Origin: Gracilinanus agilis
Lineage: Eukaryota
Reading direction: 5' to 3'
Assembly (NCBI RefSeq): GCF_016433145.1
Contig: NC_058132.1
Coordinates: forward strand, 89,174,432 to 89,234,322
Length of the DNA: 59,891 nucleotides
Shown: positions 25,247 through 39,094 of the stretch, one piece after another
Numbering within the stretch: position 1 is the stretch's first letter
How the letters are laid out: every line of letters begins with the position of its first letter
Position numbers and translations under genes: made by a program
Notes under the pieces: generated by a model
Seen by the model: only the letters and a program-made list of their open reading frames with translations
Told to the model about the DNA's origin: nothing
Database searches by the model: none

Positions 25247-26179
25247 ATGGACTCTTTCAACAACAGCGACTTCAGACCTTTGCTTCTGACTGGTTTTCCA
25301 GGTTTAGAGGCTTCACATCCACAGATCTCTGTCCTCTTCTGTGTTCTCTACCTCATTGCTATCATAGGGAATAGTTTGATCCTGGTGGTCATATGGCAAG
25401 AACAGTCACTGCATGAGCCCATGTACTATTTCCTTTCCATGTTAGCTGCCAGTGATCTAGGCCTTTGTGCCACTACCTTGCCCACTCTGCTCAAGCTTTT
25501 CTGGCTCAATGCCCGTCAGATTGCCTTTGATTCTTGTCTGGTTCAAATGTTCTTCATACATGTCTTCTCCCTCATGGAGTCAGGGATCCTACTGACAATG
25601 GCCTTTGATCGATATGTAGCAATATCCAATCCTCTCCATTATACTACTATCTTGACTAATGCCACCATTGTCAAAATTGGCTTTGGTCTCATGCTTCGGG
25701 CCACTGCAGTCATTCTGCCAGGACCTTTCCTCATCAAGAGACTAAAATTCTGCAAGGCAAATGTTCTTTCCCATTCCTATTGCCTTCACCCAGACATCAT
25801 CAAGCTCTCCTGCTCTGACCACCGTATCAATAGCATCTATGGCCTCATTATCATCATTATTACTTTTGGTGTAGACTCCGTGCTTATTCTTCTTTCCTAC
25901 TTGAGAATCCTGATCACAGTGCTGGGTATTGCCTCCCATCAGGAGCAACTCAAAGCCCTCAACACCTGTGTCTCCCACATCTGTGCTGTCTTGCTTGTCT
26001 ACATCCCCATGCTGGGTGTATCCATTATCCATCGCTTTGGGAAGCACATCCCTCCTGTGATTCACATCGTCATGGGCTATGTTTACCTGCTGGTCCCACC
26101 TGTGCTCAATCCTGTTGTTTATTGCATCAAGACTCACGAGATCCGCACCCGTATTCTTAAGCTCTGGCAGACAAAATAA
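25247..26179 (+). CDS. Class I olfactory receptor, OR51 family, intact, 310 aa
   Basis: LHEPMYYFLSML, MAFDRYVAISNPLHY, SHSYCLHPD, KALNTCVSH, HRFG, PPVLNPVVY. Upstream branch CTAAT and acceptor AG at 25218-25219. Confidence 0.97.
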   Translation: MDSFNNSDFRPLLLTGFPGLEASHPQISVLFCVLYLIAIIGNSLILVVIWQEQSLHEPMYYFLSMLAASDLGLCATTLPTLLKLFWLNARQIAFDSCLVQMFFIHVFSLMESGILLTMAFDRYVAISNPLHYTTILTNATIVKIGFGLMLRATAVILPGPFLIKRLKFCKANVLSHSYCLHPDIIKLSCSDHRINSIYGLIIIIITFGVDSVLILLSYLRILITVLGIASHQEQLKALNTCVSHICAVLLVYIPMLGVSIIHRFGKHIPPVIHIVMGYVYLLVPPVLNPVVYCIKTHEIRTRILKLWQTK

Positions 26180-27379
26180 GAGGAGGAAGATAAAAGAATA
26201 TTGACTAAAAGCAAAGTAAGGGATGTTCAGGATAGCACACCGTATTTCTGAACCATTAGGTCAGATATTAGCAGAATGTAGGATAAGGTGCAAAGAATAG
26301 TGATGATGGTCATATAAAGAATAATGAAGCTGACACATAAAATTCTGCATATTGCTTTTCATAGTTAACCTGGATTGATTTTGTTGAAAGGAAGTGAAAC
26401 ACCTGTGACAGTTCTCATGCTTTGGGTACTGTAACAAATATTCTTGGCAAATTGGCATATGTAATTGATCTCCTTATGGGTCAAAATTCCCCTTTCCTAG
26501 GAAGACATCCCCTTTTAGACTGGCCTGCTCTTATCTCTCTTTTATCCTATCAGGACTTTTCCTATTCACATGTTTGTTCAGTTTTGTAAATGTTGTGAGT
26601 CTTTTTTATTTGTAGACACTGAAATTCCTTAATTGGAATTAATATTCTCTTGAAACCAAGACCATTCCTATAGATTGATCAACAACTGTTATCCTATATA
26701 ATCTGGAATGGAAGTTGGAAAGGTCTGAAGGAAAGGGACACAGATATCAAGGTCAGACTGAATCAATTTGAATATTTGCCTTAACTTACTAATATTAATT
26801 TTTTTAAATGTCAACTAAGCAAACATTAGTGGTACACACAAGTATTCCAATATACAAAGAAAAACAATAAAGGATATACCAAATGAAACCAAGAAATTTA
26901 TTTCATGACTTTTTAAAGTGCACGTTAAATTGACCCTGGGAATATAAAATTATTCTATTCATTTGTGTTTTTTATAAACTCTTTTTTGTTTTCTTCTGTG
27001 TATATTTTTAATGTTGAGTCTTTTTTTCTTTTATATTTCTACTTGCCAAATAGGAACTCTCCCTTTAACAAATATGGATAGTCAAGCAAAACAAATCAAC
27101 ACAATGGTTGTATCTATCTCTATACATCATTTTGTACCTCACTCCAATTTTCTCTGGGATCTTAAAGATTCATGTGAAGATCACCATAAATCAATAAGTA
27201 TTCCAGGAGGAGAAAGAAGGTCAAACATAGGGATAATTTGCCCAGATTAAAAGAAGATGAAATAGAATACTTAGAGAATCCTACCTTGGAAAAAGAAATT
27301 GAACAACCTATCAGTGGACTCCCTAAGAAAAAATAAAAAATACCAAGACAGATGGATTTACAAGTGGATTTTATCAAAT

Positions 27380-28390
27380 ATTTGCTATTTTAAAATTTTT
27401 TGTTAATTGATTACATTAAAATGCCCAATTAACTTCCTTCATCCCTTTCCTTCTTCCTTCCCCCATTGAAGAAGGCATCATATAGATTTTATATATGCAA
27501 TCTTGTAAAACAGTTTTCTATATTAATTGTTTTGTGGAAGAAAACTTGAAAAACAACAACAACAAAGACTAGAAAAAACAAAAAGTTTTTGCTCTGATCT
27601 CCATTCTGACTCCATCATTTCTTTCTTTCAAAGAAGATGGCATTTTTATCATGAGTCCTTCAGGATTACTGGATCACTGTATTGCTGATAATTCAATCAC
27701 AGTTCATCATAGTACATTATTGCGGTCACTGTGTACAGTGTGATGCTGGTTCTGCTTACTTCATTCTGCATCAGTTTAGGCTAGTTTATCCATGTATTTC
27801 TGAGGTCCTTCAGTTTTTCCTTATGGTATAATCGTATTCCATTACAATCATATACTATAACTTGTTCAGCCATTCCCCAATTAATGGGTATCTCTTCACT
27901 TTCCAAATATGTGCCACCACAAGAAGAGATAATTCAAATATTTTTGCACATATAGATCCTTTTCCTTTTTGATTTTTATTTCTTTGGGATACAAACCTAG
28001 TAATGGTATTGCTCAGTAAGAACATAAGTATTATTTTATAGTCCTTTCAACATAGATCCAAAATTTCTCTCTAGAATGGTAGAATGAGTTCAAAATTCCT
28101 CCAACAGGATGTTAGTGTCTCAATTTTCCCACAATCCCTCCAAATTTTGTCATTTTTCATTTCTGTCCCATTAACCAATAGGAAAGAAGTAAGGTGGTGC
28201 CTCAGATTTGTTTTAATGTGCATTTTTCTAATCAATGATGATTTAGAATATTTATTCACATGATTAGAGATAGGTAAAATTATTTTGTCTAAAAATTGCC
28301 TGTACTTATCATTTGACCATTTATCAATTGGAGAATGACTTGAATTATAATATATTTAAACAATTTGTCTATGCATTCTCTCAGGATGTC
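27380..28390 (-). mobile_element. L1 3' fragment (ORF2 C-terminus and 3' UTR, approximate bounds)
   Basis: Reverse L1 3' UTR followed by reverse zinc-knuckle region. A short + strand ORF2 remnant lies at about 27200-27370 and another at about 28480-28680. Confidence 0.75.
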
Positions 28391-31099
28391 AATGATTTTT
28401 AAAAAATGTTCTTATATACAATAGAAGTTTTAAAAATGAAATATTTATGACAAGAAATAATTTGAAACAAATTAGATGAGGGTTGATGGATGGTATACAA
28501 ATATAATAAATTTTTACTGTGTGGTAAAAAATAATAATGTAATAGATAAAGAAACACAGAAAAGCTTACATGAACTGATAGAAAAGGAAGTTAGGAGAAC
28601 CAAGGAGACAATACTTTACAATATATACAATGTAAATGAAAACAACAATCACAATAAAACTAATGTTAAAAAAGGTTTCAAAATTACAAAGAATCTTGGC
28701 CACAAAGAAGAAATATGAAAATATACCTCTCTCATACTTCTTTTTGTAGGAATATAAAAATGAAGAACATTACAAATGTTTTCTTATTTGGGAAGATATT
28801 TATTTTTTTCTTATTTATTTTCTCTTTTACTTATAAAACATTTCTTTTAAGAAAAAATTCTGAAAGAAGGGAAGGATTAAGGAAAGATTTAAGTGAGGTA
28901 AATTATACATCATAATTAAATAAAAAACCTTTATGATTGAACAAATCAGATATAATGTACTTTTCAATCTAAAAAGCAGTTAACCAATCACTCAGCAGTT
29001 ATTGTATCTGCTATGTGATAAGCACCATGATAACTATGGTGCACACACAAGGACAAAAGTTAAACAGACTTTCCCCTGCTAGAGAAAAAATAGGGATTTT
29101 GGGGGGTGAATAAAACTTGTTCACATGTAGCTACTATATATGAAGTAGGTGCAAAGTGATTTGGAGAGTGATAGACTGGCAGTTGGGATCATTAGGAAAA
29201 GTTTTATAAAGAAGTTGCCACTTGAGCTGAACCAGGGAGATGTTTAGGATTTTAGGAGTCAGAACTAAGGAAGGAAAAGTTATCATGAATAAAGACATCC
29301 AGTTAAAAAGAAGGAGGTGGGAAACTGTTTTTTTTAGAGAATTAGTTTAGTTAGACAGTAGTGCATGCAAAGTAAAATAATAGTTAACAACACAGGTAGA
29401 TTTTGAAGCCAGCTTTGCAAAGGCTTTAATTTCTGTAAAGGAATTCACAACTGAATTTAAAGGTAAGAAGAAGCCACTAACATTAAATTGAGTATGGCAG
29501 GTATGTACTCAAAATAGAAATTTATGAAAACACTTTAGCAACTATATTGATGAATGATTGGAGTGTGAAAGACTTGTGTTAGGTGAAGCATGATTTAAAG
29601 TGGTGATTTTATGAATAGAGAGAAGGGGCAAAGATGTTTACAAGATTGGCAACTGTTTGTTCATGTTCTATATGTGAGAGAAAGGAGTGCATTAAGGATA
29701 ATATCATATATTTTGAACCTGAATGAAAGAAAAATGACATACTTTTGGAAACAATAAATTTTCATATTGCTTAAAATATGATTTCTAAGAATCAGAGTTT
29801 TTATATTTTAGGTACCTGGAATAAGTGTCCCATAGAAAATAGTATTCAGGGATTGAAGTCAAGGACTAGAGTAAGATCTGTCTATGCCACAATGGCTATG
29901 TGATAAAAGTAGTTGAGATGGTCTGTGATCTGAGCTGGTGGTAGGAGGCTGAAGGTATGGCCTCTCTATTTCTTGGCCAATTTTAACGCTTGCCTTTTCA
30001 CTGGAAAGATTGAAAATATACATACAGGGGACATCTATGGCACATTGGAAAGACTGCTAAACTAAGAGGTATATTAGTCTTTATTTCCCAGCTTTTTTCC
30101 CAAAGCAGATGTGTAACCTAAAGTAAGTCATGTAAATTTTCTGGCTTCCAGTTTCCATCATTATCATCAGTAGTAAAACTAGTAATAGCAGCAACAACTG
30201 CCTGTTTTATATATTTAGTACTTGAAGGAGTTGGGATTCTTAATTCTAAGAATATTGTTGCTTACATTGTAATAGGCAAACATTCGAAGGAAAAGGACAT
30301 GATTGTTTTGGGCAATTTCTAGTGTCCTCATTCTAAAATTGAAGAATTCTATGATAGAATTATTATATTGTCTTCATTTATCTGTTTTATTCTTTTACAC
30401 ACTATAATTTATTGACCTTGTCTCAATATTATCTTCTTCTGAAAATGAAACAAAATAACATATACATAGTCATTAATCACTAAGACATGCCAAATATCAA
30501 GAACATGAGAAAGAATACTGGAATTTGGCTCAGGAAACCTAGGTTCTAGATCTGACAAAGACACTAACCCTGAGCTCCATAACTTTCCCAAAGGTTAGAA
30601 AAAGAGGTTTGAAAAAGGAGATAAGAAGTTAGTTGTTATTGAAGAAAATCTGACTTTATGCTGTTGTCACCATAAATTGTTTAGACATTGGTCAATGGAC
30701 CATGTATTACATGTTAAAAGTGCATAGTTGGGGAAAAAATTCTCTGACTCTCAGGATCTCTTCATCAGAAGGGATAAATAAGGACCCACATGCAAAATAA
30801 ATATAAGAATATGTTTGTTGAAAAAAATCCATAAAATATTCTATCGATAAATACAGATGTTGATTATTTTATTCCACACACTGTGCTAGATGTGGGAGGC
30901 ATAAAGACAATTAAAAAAAAAAACCTTGTCTTTAAAGAACTTATTAAAAAATTATGTGTATATATGTACATAAAATAATTACAATATAAATCAAGTTCTA
31001 TTTGAACTGTATCCAAACAAATTGAATATAACAAATATCTGACTATCTACTATTTTTTACCCATAAAGTACTTGAAAGGAATTGGTGATGTGCAAATGG

Positions 31100-32100
31100 G
31101 ACAACCGTGGGGGATGTGATAGCTGTTGAAAGACCATAGTTCCCCAGTTGATTAATGGTCAAAAGAGATGAACAGATCATTTTTTGGATAAAGAAATCAA
31201 AGTTCCCTATAACTATATGAAAAGTGCTCTGAATCATTTACAGAACTGCAAATTAAAACAACTGATACATGATCTCATATCTAGTAGACTGATAAATTAC
31301 AGGGCAAGGAGACAAATGTGGGAGGAGATGTGGAAAATGGGGTCACTAATACATTGTTGGCAGAACTGATCAAGCCATTGTAGAGCAATCTGGAAGGATA
31401 CTCAATGAGTTATAAAACCTTTTGAGCCACTATTAATTTTATTCCTAAGGAGATAAAGAAAAAACGATCTATATATTCTAAATTGTTTATAGCATCTTTT
31501 TGTAGTGACCAAGAACTAGAAACTGAAGAGATGTCCATTAATTGAGGAATGGCTTAAAAGCTTGAAGTATATGATTGTAATGGAATACTACTGAGTCATA
31601 AGAAAAGACAAACAAGATGATTGCAAAAAAAACAAACCCTGAAAACTTTTAAATTGAGTGCTGCAAAGTGAAGTAAGCAGAATGAGGACAATGTATTCTT
31701 AGTAACTACAATAATGTTTGATGGTAACTGTGAATAACTTATGTATTATCAACAAAGCAATAATCCACAACAATTCCAAGGAATTCATGGGAAAAAAGAT
31801 ATTCACCACCAAAGAAGAAGCAGATCAATTTAAATGCAAATTGAAACACCTCATCCTTCACTTTACTTCCTTCATTAATTTTTCTCTAGCATATGCAATA
31901 TGTATCATTTTCACATGATGAAAAGGGAAATATGTATCATATGATAATATATGTACAACTTATAAAATTTGCTATCTTGAGGAGTATGTATGGGAAGGGA
32001 CAAAACATTGATTGCAAAATGTCAGAAAATGTATATTAAAACATACACACTCATATAATCTAGAAAAATACATTTTTAAAAAGACAATCATTTATTTGGA
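31100..32100 (+). mobile_element. L1 3' fragment (approximate bounds)
   Basis: Zinc-knuckle remnant (GSLIHCWQN) followed by a marsupial L1 3' UTR. Confidence 0.75.
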
Positions 32101-34511
32101 AGAAAAAATAATTTGTTTCCCTGGTCTCAGAGGGCAGAAGTGAAGGAAATTTGGAGAGCAAAAAATAAGATACAAATAAACAATTCATTTCAGGGTAATT
32201 AAAAATATTCCAACTGAGAGGTGTCTAGTAGTAAAATGGATTGATTAGACTATCGTGAGTCCACAGTATTACTGCTAGTTTTCCAACAAAGGCTAGATGT
32301 CCAAGTATCAATGATGCTGTATCAAGGGTTCCAGATTATCTATGACTTGAACTATAAACTCAGAGAACCTTGCTAGTCAAGAAACTGGATAATTCTTTCT
32401 GAAGATTTGCCTGGATTTTTCCTTTTTACCCATCAATTTTCCTTCAAATCAAAATTAATTGAGAGGAGAGAAGAAGCAAAGAAATATTGTAGACAATAAG
32501 AACAAACAGAACTTGGAAACCAATTGATTGTGGTAGATGAGGAATTCATGATGTTGAGGTTTTGAGCATGTGAAGCTGATAGGTAGTTGGGATTATCAGC
32601 AATCATAAGGAAGCCAAGAGGATAATAATATTTAGCATTTGTATCATTATTTTGGATTTACAAACTACTTTACAAGTATCTTCTTTTATTCTCACAATAA
32701 CTCTTGGAGGCAGGTGTTATTTTTTTCCAATTTTATTGAGGAGAAAACAGGGACAAAAAATAAAAGAGATTAAATGACTTGTCAAGGCTCACAAATCAAG
32801 GATATAACTGAGCCTGGATTTGGACTCAAATCTTTCTTACTGAAGTAAATAAGTGTTATCCAAAATGCCAAGTGGATGCCTCTAAAAATTAGCAAGTAAA
32901 TTATGGAAGAAAACAGTTCAAATTTGAAAAATTTGAGTTTGATTATATTTAGTAGGCAGTAAGAAATATAGCAGTAGGATATATGGAAAAAAGAGATATA
33001 AAATATATGGGAGTAGTATGAATAGGATGATAGTTGAAGCCTTAAGAGTAGATGAGATAATAGACTCTTAAACAAGAAATGGAAGAGAAATTGAGAACCA
33101 TTAAATAAATATTCATTTTACAGAGGAGGAAATGGTACAAAGAACTCAAGTTATACCTAGGCTAACTCAAAAAAAAAAATAATTTGAACCCATATGTTGT
33201 GACTCCAAGACCAGGATCCTCTCCAGGAAATAATGTTTACTAAACTATGGGAAAATATAGAGACAAAAGTGTAAATATGAGACTTTAAGGAATAAACACA
33301 ATTAGGGTACTAGGCATGAAAAAATAAAATCAGCTAAGGAAACCATAAAAGAACAGACAGATTTATTGGAAGAGAACAAGGATAGAGACATATCATGAAA
33401 GACTTGGGAGAAAAAATATAAGACTGAAAGATCTTTAGAAAAGAGTCTCTAGAGAATAATAGTAGCAGAAGCAAATGTACAGAGACTTTAGAAATAAATG
33501 GATAATGATTTATTGAAATATGCAAACATATACTTCCCTTTCTAGTTTAGTGGCAAAGGGAAAACAAAGGGGTTATACTTTGAGGAATTGATAAAATGAA
33601 ATGTTGGGGTTGTTTATTTGTTTGCTTAAGGAGAGGGAAATAAACACATTTATAGGTAAAGGGGAAAAGTGAAGGAAAAATTATAAAGATAAGAATTAAA
33701 GAGAATGAGAATGACTGCGACCAATGGACAAAGATCTTAGAAATGATCTAAAGAGATCGAGTGAAGGGATTGATTAGCTTTGTCAAGGAAAAGAACCACA
33801 TCCTTATAATGATACTGAAGGAAATGAGATGTGTAGGTGAGGTTCTGAGGTATAGAGAAAGGGAAAAGAAAGAGAACATGATAAATTAAATCTTTGTAGA
33901 AAGCAAGAGGTAAGATCACTTGCTACTAATAACTGGACTCAAAGCTAGCACTGGGGTTTATAGTGTGAAAAAAGTGGAATTTTTTTTTAGTTAACTGTGA
34001 TGGAGAATAAATAAGAGATGGATAAAAGGCTTATTATGATACTAAGAACCCAATAACAATATATAACTAAAGGTGAATTATATCAACATATTATTGTGGC
34101 TTTATTCAATGGTATCAGCAGCTCAGGAGTAAGAACAGTATAGCTTGATTATGGAGATGAACTAAATTTATAGTTTAGCAGGTTTTAATAATGTTAAGAT
34201 AGCAAGGGAATCTAAAACAGAATATCTTATTGAAGTGAATGGCTATAGAATCAAGACTACAAGATCGTAAAGGGACAGAAGTGAAGTCACAGTGTGGGTT
34301 ACAGACTGACAACAAAGAGACATTGGAATAGATAGGATTAGATAGGAATTCATGAAGAATCATTAATGTTCAAGTTGAGAAAGAATTATCCTATGGCAGA
34401 AGAAGAAAATCAGGATATTAACCAATTGGAATTTAATTCTACAAGTATTCCTGGGAACCCTAATTTTTATCAGCATTGTGGGGGATATGATATTTAAATA
34501 TTATATATATA

Positions 34512-34941
34512 CTAGTATGTATATATATATATATATATGAATAAAACCCTTAAGGGGCTTTTAAACCTTTGAAGAAATGAGAAAAACTTTCATCACATCG
34601 TAGTGAAGCTAAAGCTATCAACTATTCACTTTTGTGAGATAGAAGAGTTTACATTACAATAATCAAGAGTTAAAAAGAACACTGTGTGAAATAGTAGTTA
34701 GGAATGTCTTAGAGGTGGTGAGCATGTATAGTTCAAGACTGGTAGCTCAAAATGAATGATAAAATTAGCTCAACACATTAGTTAGTGTTGTTGATCTGAG
34801 GAGGAAAGGATGGGAAATGTTGCCTCCTCCTTTACTTGATCCCTTCCTCAATGGAAGGATATTATTTTCATTCCTATCCCCTCCTTCCCAATCTTTGTCA
34901 CCTAATCCTTCATTTTAATAAAACCTTTGTGTNCTAGTATG

Positions 34942-34973
<32 letters not shown>

Positions 34974-35368
34974 TATATGAATAAAACCCTTAAGGGGCTT
35001 TTAAACCTTTGAAGAAATGAGAAAAACTTTCATCACATCGTAGTGAAGCTAAAGCTATCAACTATTCACTTTTGTGAGATAGAAGAGTTTACATTACAAT
35101 AATCAAGAGTTAAAAAGAACACTGTGTGAAATAGTAGTTAGGAATGTCTTAGAGGTGGTGAGCATGTATAGTTCAAGACTGGTAGCTCAAAATGAATGAT
35201 AAAATTAGCTCAACACATTAGTTAGTGTTGTTGATCTGAGGAGGAAAGGATGGGAAATGTTGCCTCCTCCTTTTCTTGATCCCTTCCTCAATGGAAGGAT
35301 ATTATTTTCATTCCTATCCCCTCCTTCCCAATCTTTGTCACCTAATCCTTCATTTTAATAAAACCTTT
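34512..35368. repeat. Apparent ~420-bp tandem duplication around a single N (probable assembly overlap)
   Basis: Copies 34512-34928 and 34934-35368 differ only by an 18-nt (TA)n length change and one substitution near the contig end. They are joined by N at 34933. Confidence 0.9.
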
Positions 35369-35549
35369 AGGTCCAAAAATAAAATTATCTCAATATATAT
35401 TTGAGGGATTTAGGTTATTCAGACCACATCCTTAGAAACCTGGAGAAACAAGAGTTATATGTTAATAGTTTCTCAATGAGAATAAGAGACCAAGAAGATT
35501 TGCCTATAGATCTAGAAGTAAATTAATTTCTAAGCAGAGAATGAGGGAC

Positions 35550-36500
35550 TCATGATGTATCCTTGGAATGGAATATTTTGATCATCCCTTCACGGATTTG
35601 TTTGGTTTTTACCCCATAGACAATGGGGTTAAGCAAGGGTGGGACAAGCAAGTACAGGTTGGAAAGGAGGATATGGACATAAGGAGCAACATTAAAACCA
35701 AACCTATGTATAAATGATGTGAAAAAAGTCAGAATATAAAATTGAAGAAAAACAAAGATATGGGCTGTGCAGGTATTGAATGCCTTGAGCCGCGCTTCTT
35801 TCTGGGGCAACTTAAAGACAGCCCGGAAGATCAGACTGTAGGATATAAAAATAAAAATTACATCAAAGCCGAGGACTGAAAAAGCCACAAAAAGACCATA
35901 TATCTTATTTGCTTTTGTATCTACGGCTGCCAGCCTAACAACAGCCATATGCTCACAGTAGGAATGGGATATAAATGTAGTCTTGAATATCTTCAGTCTC
36001 AACTTGATGAGAAGTGGACACATGATGATTATAATGGCAGCTCGGATGGTAACAGCTAGGATGATGTTAATGAGTACTTTCTTGGTGAGGATAGCTGAGT
36101 GCCTTAGAGGGTTACAAATGGCTATATAACGATCAAATGCCATAGCCAGGAGGATGCCTGATTCCATGCACTGGAAAGTGTGGGTAAAATACATCTGGAC
36201 CAGACAGGTATTAAAGTGAATCTCCCGCATCCATAGCCAGAAAATGGCCAGCATTTTTGGTGTGATGCATAAAGTAAGTCCCAGGTCAGTAGTTGCCAAT
36301 ACAGCCAAAAAAATGTACATAGGCTCATGGAGGCTACGCTCAGCACGGATAATGATGATAAGGAGGCTATTGCCAATCACTGCCAGAGTAAAGGAAATAA
36401 AGAAAGGGATCCCAATCAAGTGTTGTACTGACTCCAGGCCTGGAATTCCAATTAATGTGAAGACAGAAGGATTGAAGAAGGTCCTATTAGAAGATGGCAT
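35550..36500 (-). CDS. Class I olfactory receptor, OR52A-like, intact, 316 aa
   Basis: LHEPMYIFL, MAFDRYIAICNPLRH, SHSYCEHMAVV, LPQKEARLKAFNTC.AHI.VFLQFY (OR52A-type), HRFG, NPIVYGVKTKQIR. Upstream acceptor TCTTTTTCTTTCTCTAG (AG = 36546-36545). Confidence 0.97.
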   Translation of the reverse strand: MPSSNRTFFNPSVFTLIGIPGLESVQHLIGIPFFISFTLAVIGNSLLIIIIRAERSLHEPMYIFLAVLATTDLGLTLCITPKMLAIFWLWMREIHFNTCLVQMYFTHTFQCMESGILLAMAFDRYIAICNPLRHSAILTKKVLINIILAVTIRAAIIIIMCPLLIKLRLKIFKTTFISHSYCEHMAVVRLAAVDTKANKIYGLFVAFSVLGFDVIFIFISYSLIFRAVFKLPQKEARLKAFNTCTAHIFVFLQFYILTFFTSFIHRFGFNVAPYVHILLSNLYLLVPPLLNPIVYGVKTKQIREGMIKIFHSKDTS

Positions 36501-37194
36501 GATGGGCCAGGGTAGGCCACCTTCTCCAAAGCTACTTTTCTATTCTAGAGAAAGAAAAAGATATCAGGAATTACGTATAAATCAATAAATACCTTACTAG
36601 TTTCGCAATTGGCAGAAATCATCATAGTATATTTCATCTGACCAACTGAATATAAGTAGGATTACCTCTAAAGATCTACAGAAATTTGTGATTTTACAGT
36701 TTTTTCTTATCCAAAAAAGATTATCTATTATCTCTCTCTCCTCCTCTGTCTCTCTATCACTATATGCATATATGTATATAAATTACAAAGACTACAGATA
36801 GATATAAAACCACCTAGCAAGAAATGTTCACTTGATTTTCCTATATAATCAGCAATAATTACTGTATACCTTTTTTCTTTTGTAGGTTCTTATGCATTTG
36901 TCCTTTTCAATTATCTATTTCCATAAGCATCTGTCTTATCTCTTCAAACATTAATTCTTTAATATTCATAAGTTTGAATAATTTGCAATTTCTCAAATAA
37001 GTTGATATTTCACTGGAAGTCATCCTATCAGTGAACCTGTTATATAACTTTGTTTACTTGATAATATGTGATTTCTTCTATTAAAATATTGTACTCTAAG
37101 ATGGTCTATATCCCATAATTATATAGTTGACTCTGATAACATGTATGTATTTATTTATGGTTTGCATAACATTTTATAAATATTATCTCATTCA

Positions 37195-37370
37195 CACAAT
37201 ACCCTGGGAAATAGGTGCTATTATATCCCCATGAAAGAGATGAGGAAACTGAGACAAACTGAGTCGAAGTGACTTGCCAGAGTCACACAACTGATAAGCG
37301 TCCGAGGCTTCATTTGAATTCAGGACTTCTTGATTCCATGTCTACCACTCTATGCACTATAATACAGATG
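37195..37370 (-). mobile_element. MAR1/MIR-type SINE (approximate bounds)
   Basis: GATGAGGAAACTGAGACA...AAGTGACTTGCC..GTCACACA core in reverse orientation. Confidence 0.7.
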
Positions 37371-37909
37371 CCACCTTTCTTGAAAGCTGCTTTATTAGGA
37401 TGCCAACCTCCTGTATCTTTCTAAGACTGACAGAGACCAGAAAATAAGCCAGATTCCTGAGAGGCTGGGAATATTTCCCTTGCATTAATATATTTGTTTT
37501 AATTGTATTGCTTAAGTAAACATCAGCATTTGAAAGTAAAAGCCCCATTCTCATTTTTAATATTTCAAAAATGATTTTGATGTTCTTCCTCACTCTTGCT
37601 CTAAAGTTTCTAATTTCCTTCAAAACTCAGCTCAAGTACAACTTTTAGCAGAGGGGCTTACTTAGTTCCCTCTTCCTCCAATCTAGAACCTTCCTCTTTT
37701 AAAGTTAACTTGTATAGGATTCATATATTCTTTGTAGTGTGTGTTTGTATGTGCGTGTTTACTAGAAATAAAGCACCATGATGACAAGAACTATATACCT
37801 TTCATGTCTCCTCCATTGTTAACATACTTCCTGACACATAGCAGGCAATGTCTATTAACTCATTCTTGGGCCAGAGTCTAATCCAATGTTTATGGTTTTC
37901 ATTAACTTT

Positions 37910-38640
37910 AAGTCAGAGAGACAGAGCAAAGATGATGCAATAAAGGCAGGAATTCACCAGAACATCCCCAGATTCTCTTCCAAACAACTTTAAAATAATG
38001 CCTCAAATTGAATTCTGGAGCACATAATCCATCCCCGCCCAAAGAACAACAACAAGAAACAAACAAACAAACAAACAACAACAACAAGGTGAAATGATTT
38101 CCCTACCCATTACAATTTAGGACATTGGTAGGAAAGGTCTGTCTAACTAGGATGGTGGTCAAGCCTGAAGCAAAGTGCAGTCTAGGTCAAAACTCAGCAA
38201 ACGAGCATATATAATACATCAGTGGCAGCAACAACTTTGGGAATTCTCAACCCACAGATGATAAAGGGGCTGAAAAATTGGTCAGAAGAAGATGAGAGGG
38301 GTCTCTTTGCTAGTACTAGATGCAGGATCATGTTGCATTGCCTATACATAGCTCCAGATCTTGGTTCCAGGGAAGAGAAAAACTAACATACTAATGATGA
38401 CAAAAATGTGAAAAAATAGCCAACAACCTAGACATCATATTTCAAGAAAGTATCCAAGTAAATTGTTCTGACATTGTGGAACCAAAAAGTTTCAATAAAA
38501 ATTGAAAGGATTCATCCTTCACCTTCTGAAAGAAATCCCAGAATAACAACTCTGAGGGAAATTATAGTCAAATTGAAGAATTCCCAAGTCAAGAAGAAAA
38601 TATTAGAAGCATCTAGAAAGAACCAGTTCAAATATTGTAG
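37910..38640 (+). mobile_element. L1 5' UTR and ORF1 remnants (approximate bounds)
   Basis: ORF 38474 contains IERIHPSP.ERNP...REIIVKLKNSQVKKKILEASRK, typical of the ORF1p C-terminal region. Confidence 0.75.
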
Positions 38641-38902
38641 AGTCACAGTCAGTTTTAGAATTGTTAAACATTTTGTAGCATATGATCTAGATAAAATATT
38701 ATTATGCTATAATAAATGATGAGCAGAATGCTTTCAGAAAAAAAAACCTTGGGAAAATGCATAATTTGATACAAAATGAAGTGGACAGAAAAGGAGGTTT
38801 TGAAAAAAATTTTAGATTTTCTGATTTGCTGGCCAATATTTGGTATACTTTCATTTACACTGAAATTTTCATTAATAGTACTATTAAAAGATGATTAACT
38901 GA

Positions 38903-39094
38903 GGGGGCATCTGGGTAGCTCAGTGGATTGAGAGTCAGCCCTAGAAACGGGAGGTCCTAGGTTCAAATCCGGCCTCAGACACTTCCCAGCTGTGTGACCC
39001 TGGGCAAGTCACTTGACCCCCATTTCCCACCCCTACCACTCTTCTACCGATGAGCTAATGCACAGAAGTTAAGGGTTAAAAAGAAAAAAGAAAA
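38903..39094 (+). mobile_element. SINE1_Mdo-like SINE, full length
   Basis: GGGGGCATCTGGGTAGCTCAGTGG head, B-box-like GGTTCAAATCC, A-rich tail, 17-nt TSD AAAAGATGATTAACTGA at 38886-38902 and 39095-39111, at a TT/AAAA site. Confidence 0.95.

Noticed and set aside
25742-26137. 131-aa antisense ORF, and similar ORFs at 9743, 36122, 36244, 49511, 49611 and 49737
   Set aside because: These are shadows of OR coding sequence with no recognisable motifs or independent support.
27200-28390. Opposed L1 fragments as a twin-priming inversion
   Set aside because: The + fragment abuts the 3' tail end of the - element, not its 5' end. This fits an insertion into an older L1 better.
34512-35368. Near-perfect 420-bp tandem duplication
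   Set aside because: The copies are joined by a single N and differ only in (TA)n length and near the contig end. This is the signature of an unmerged contig or allele overlap, not a biological duplication.
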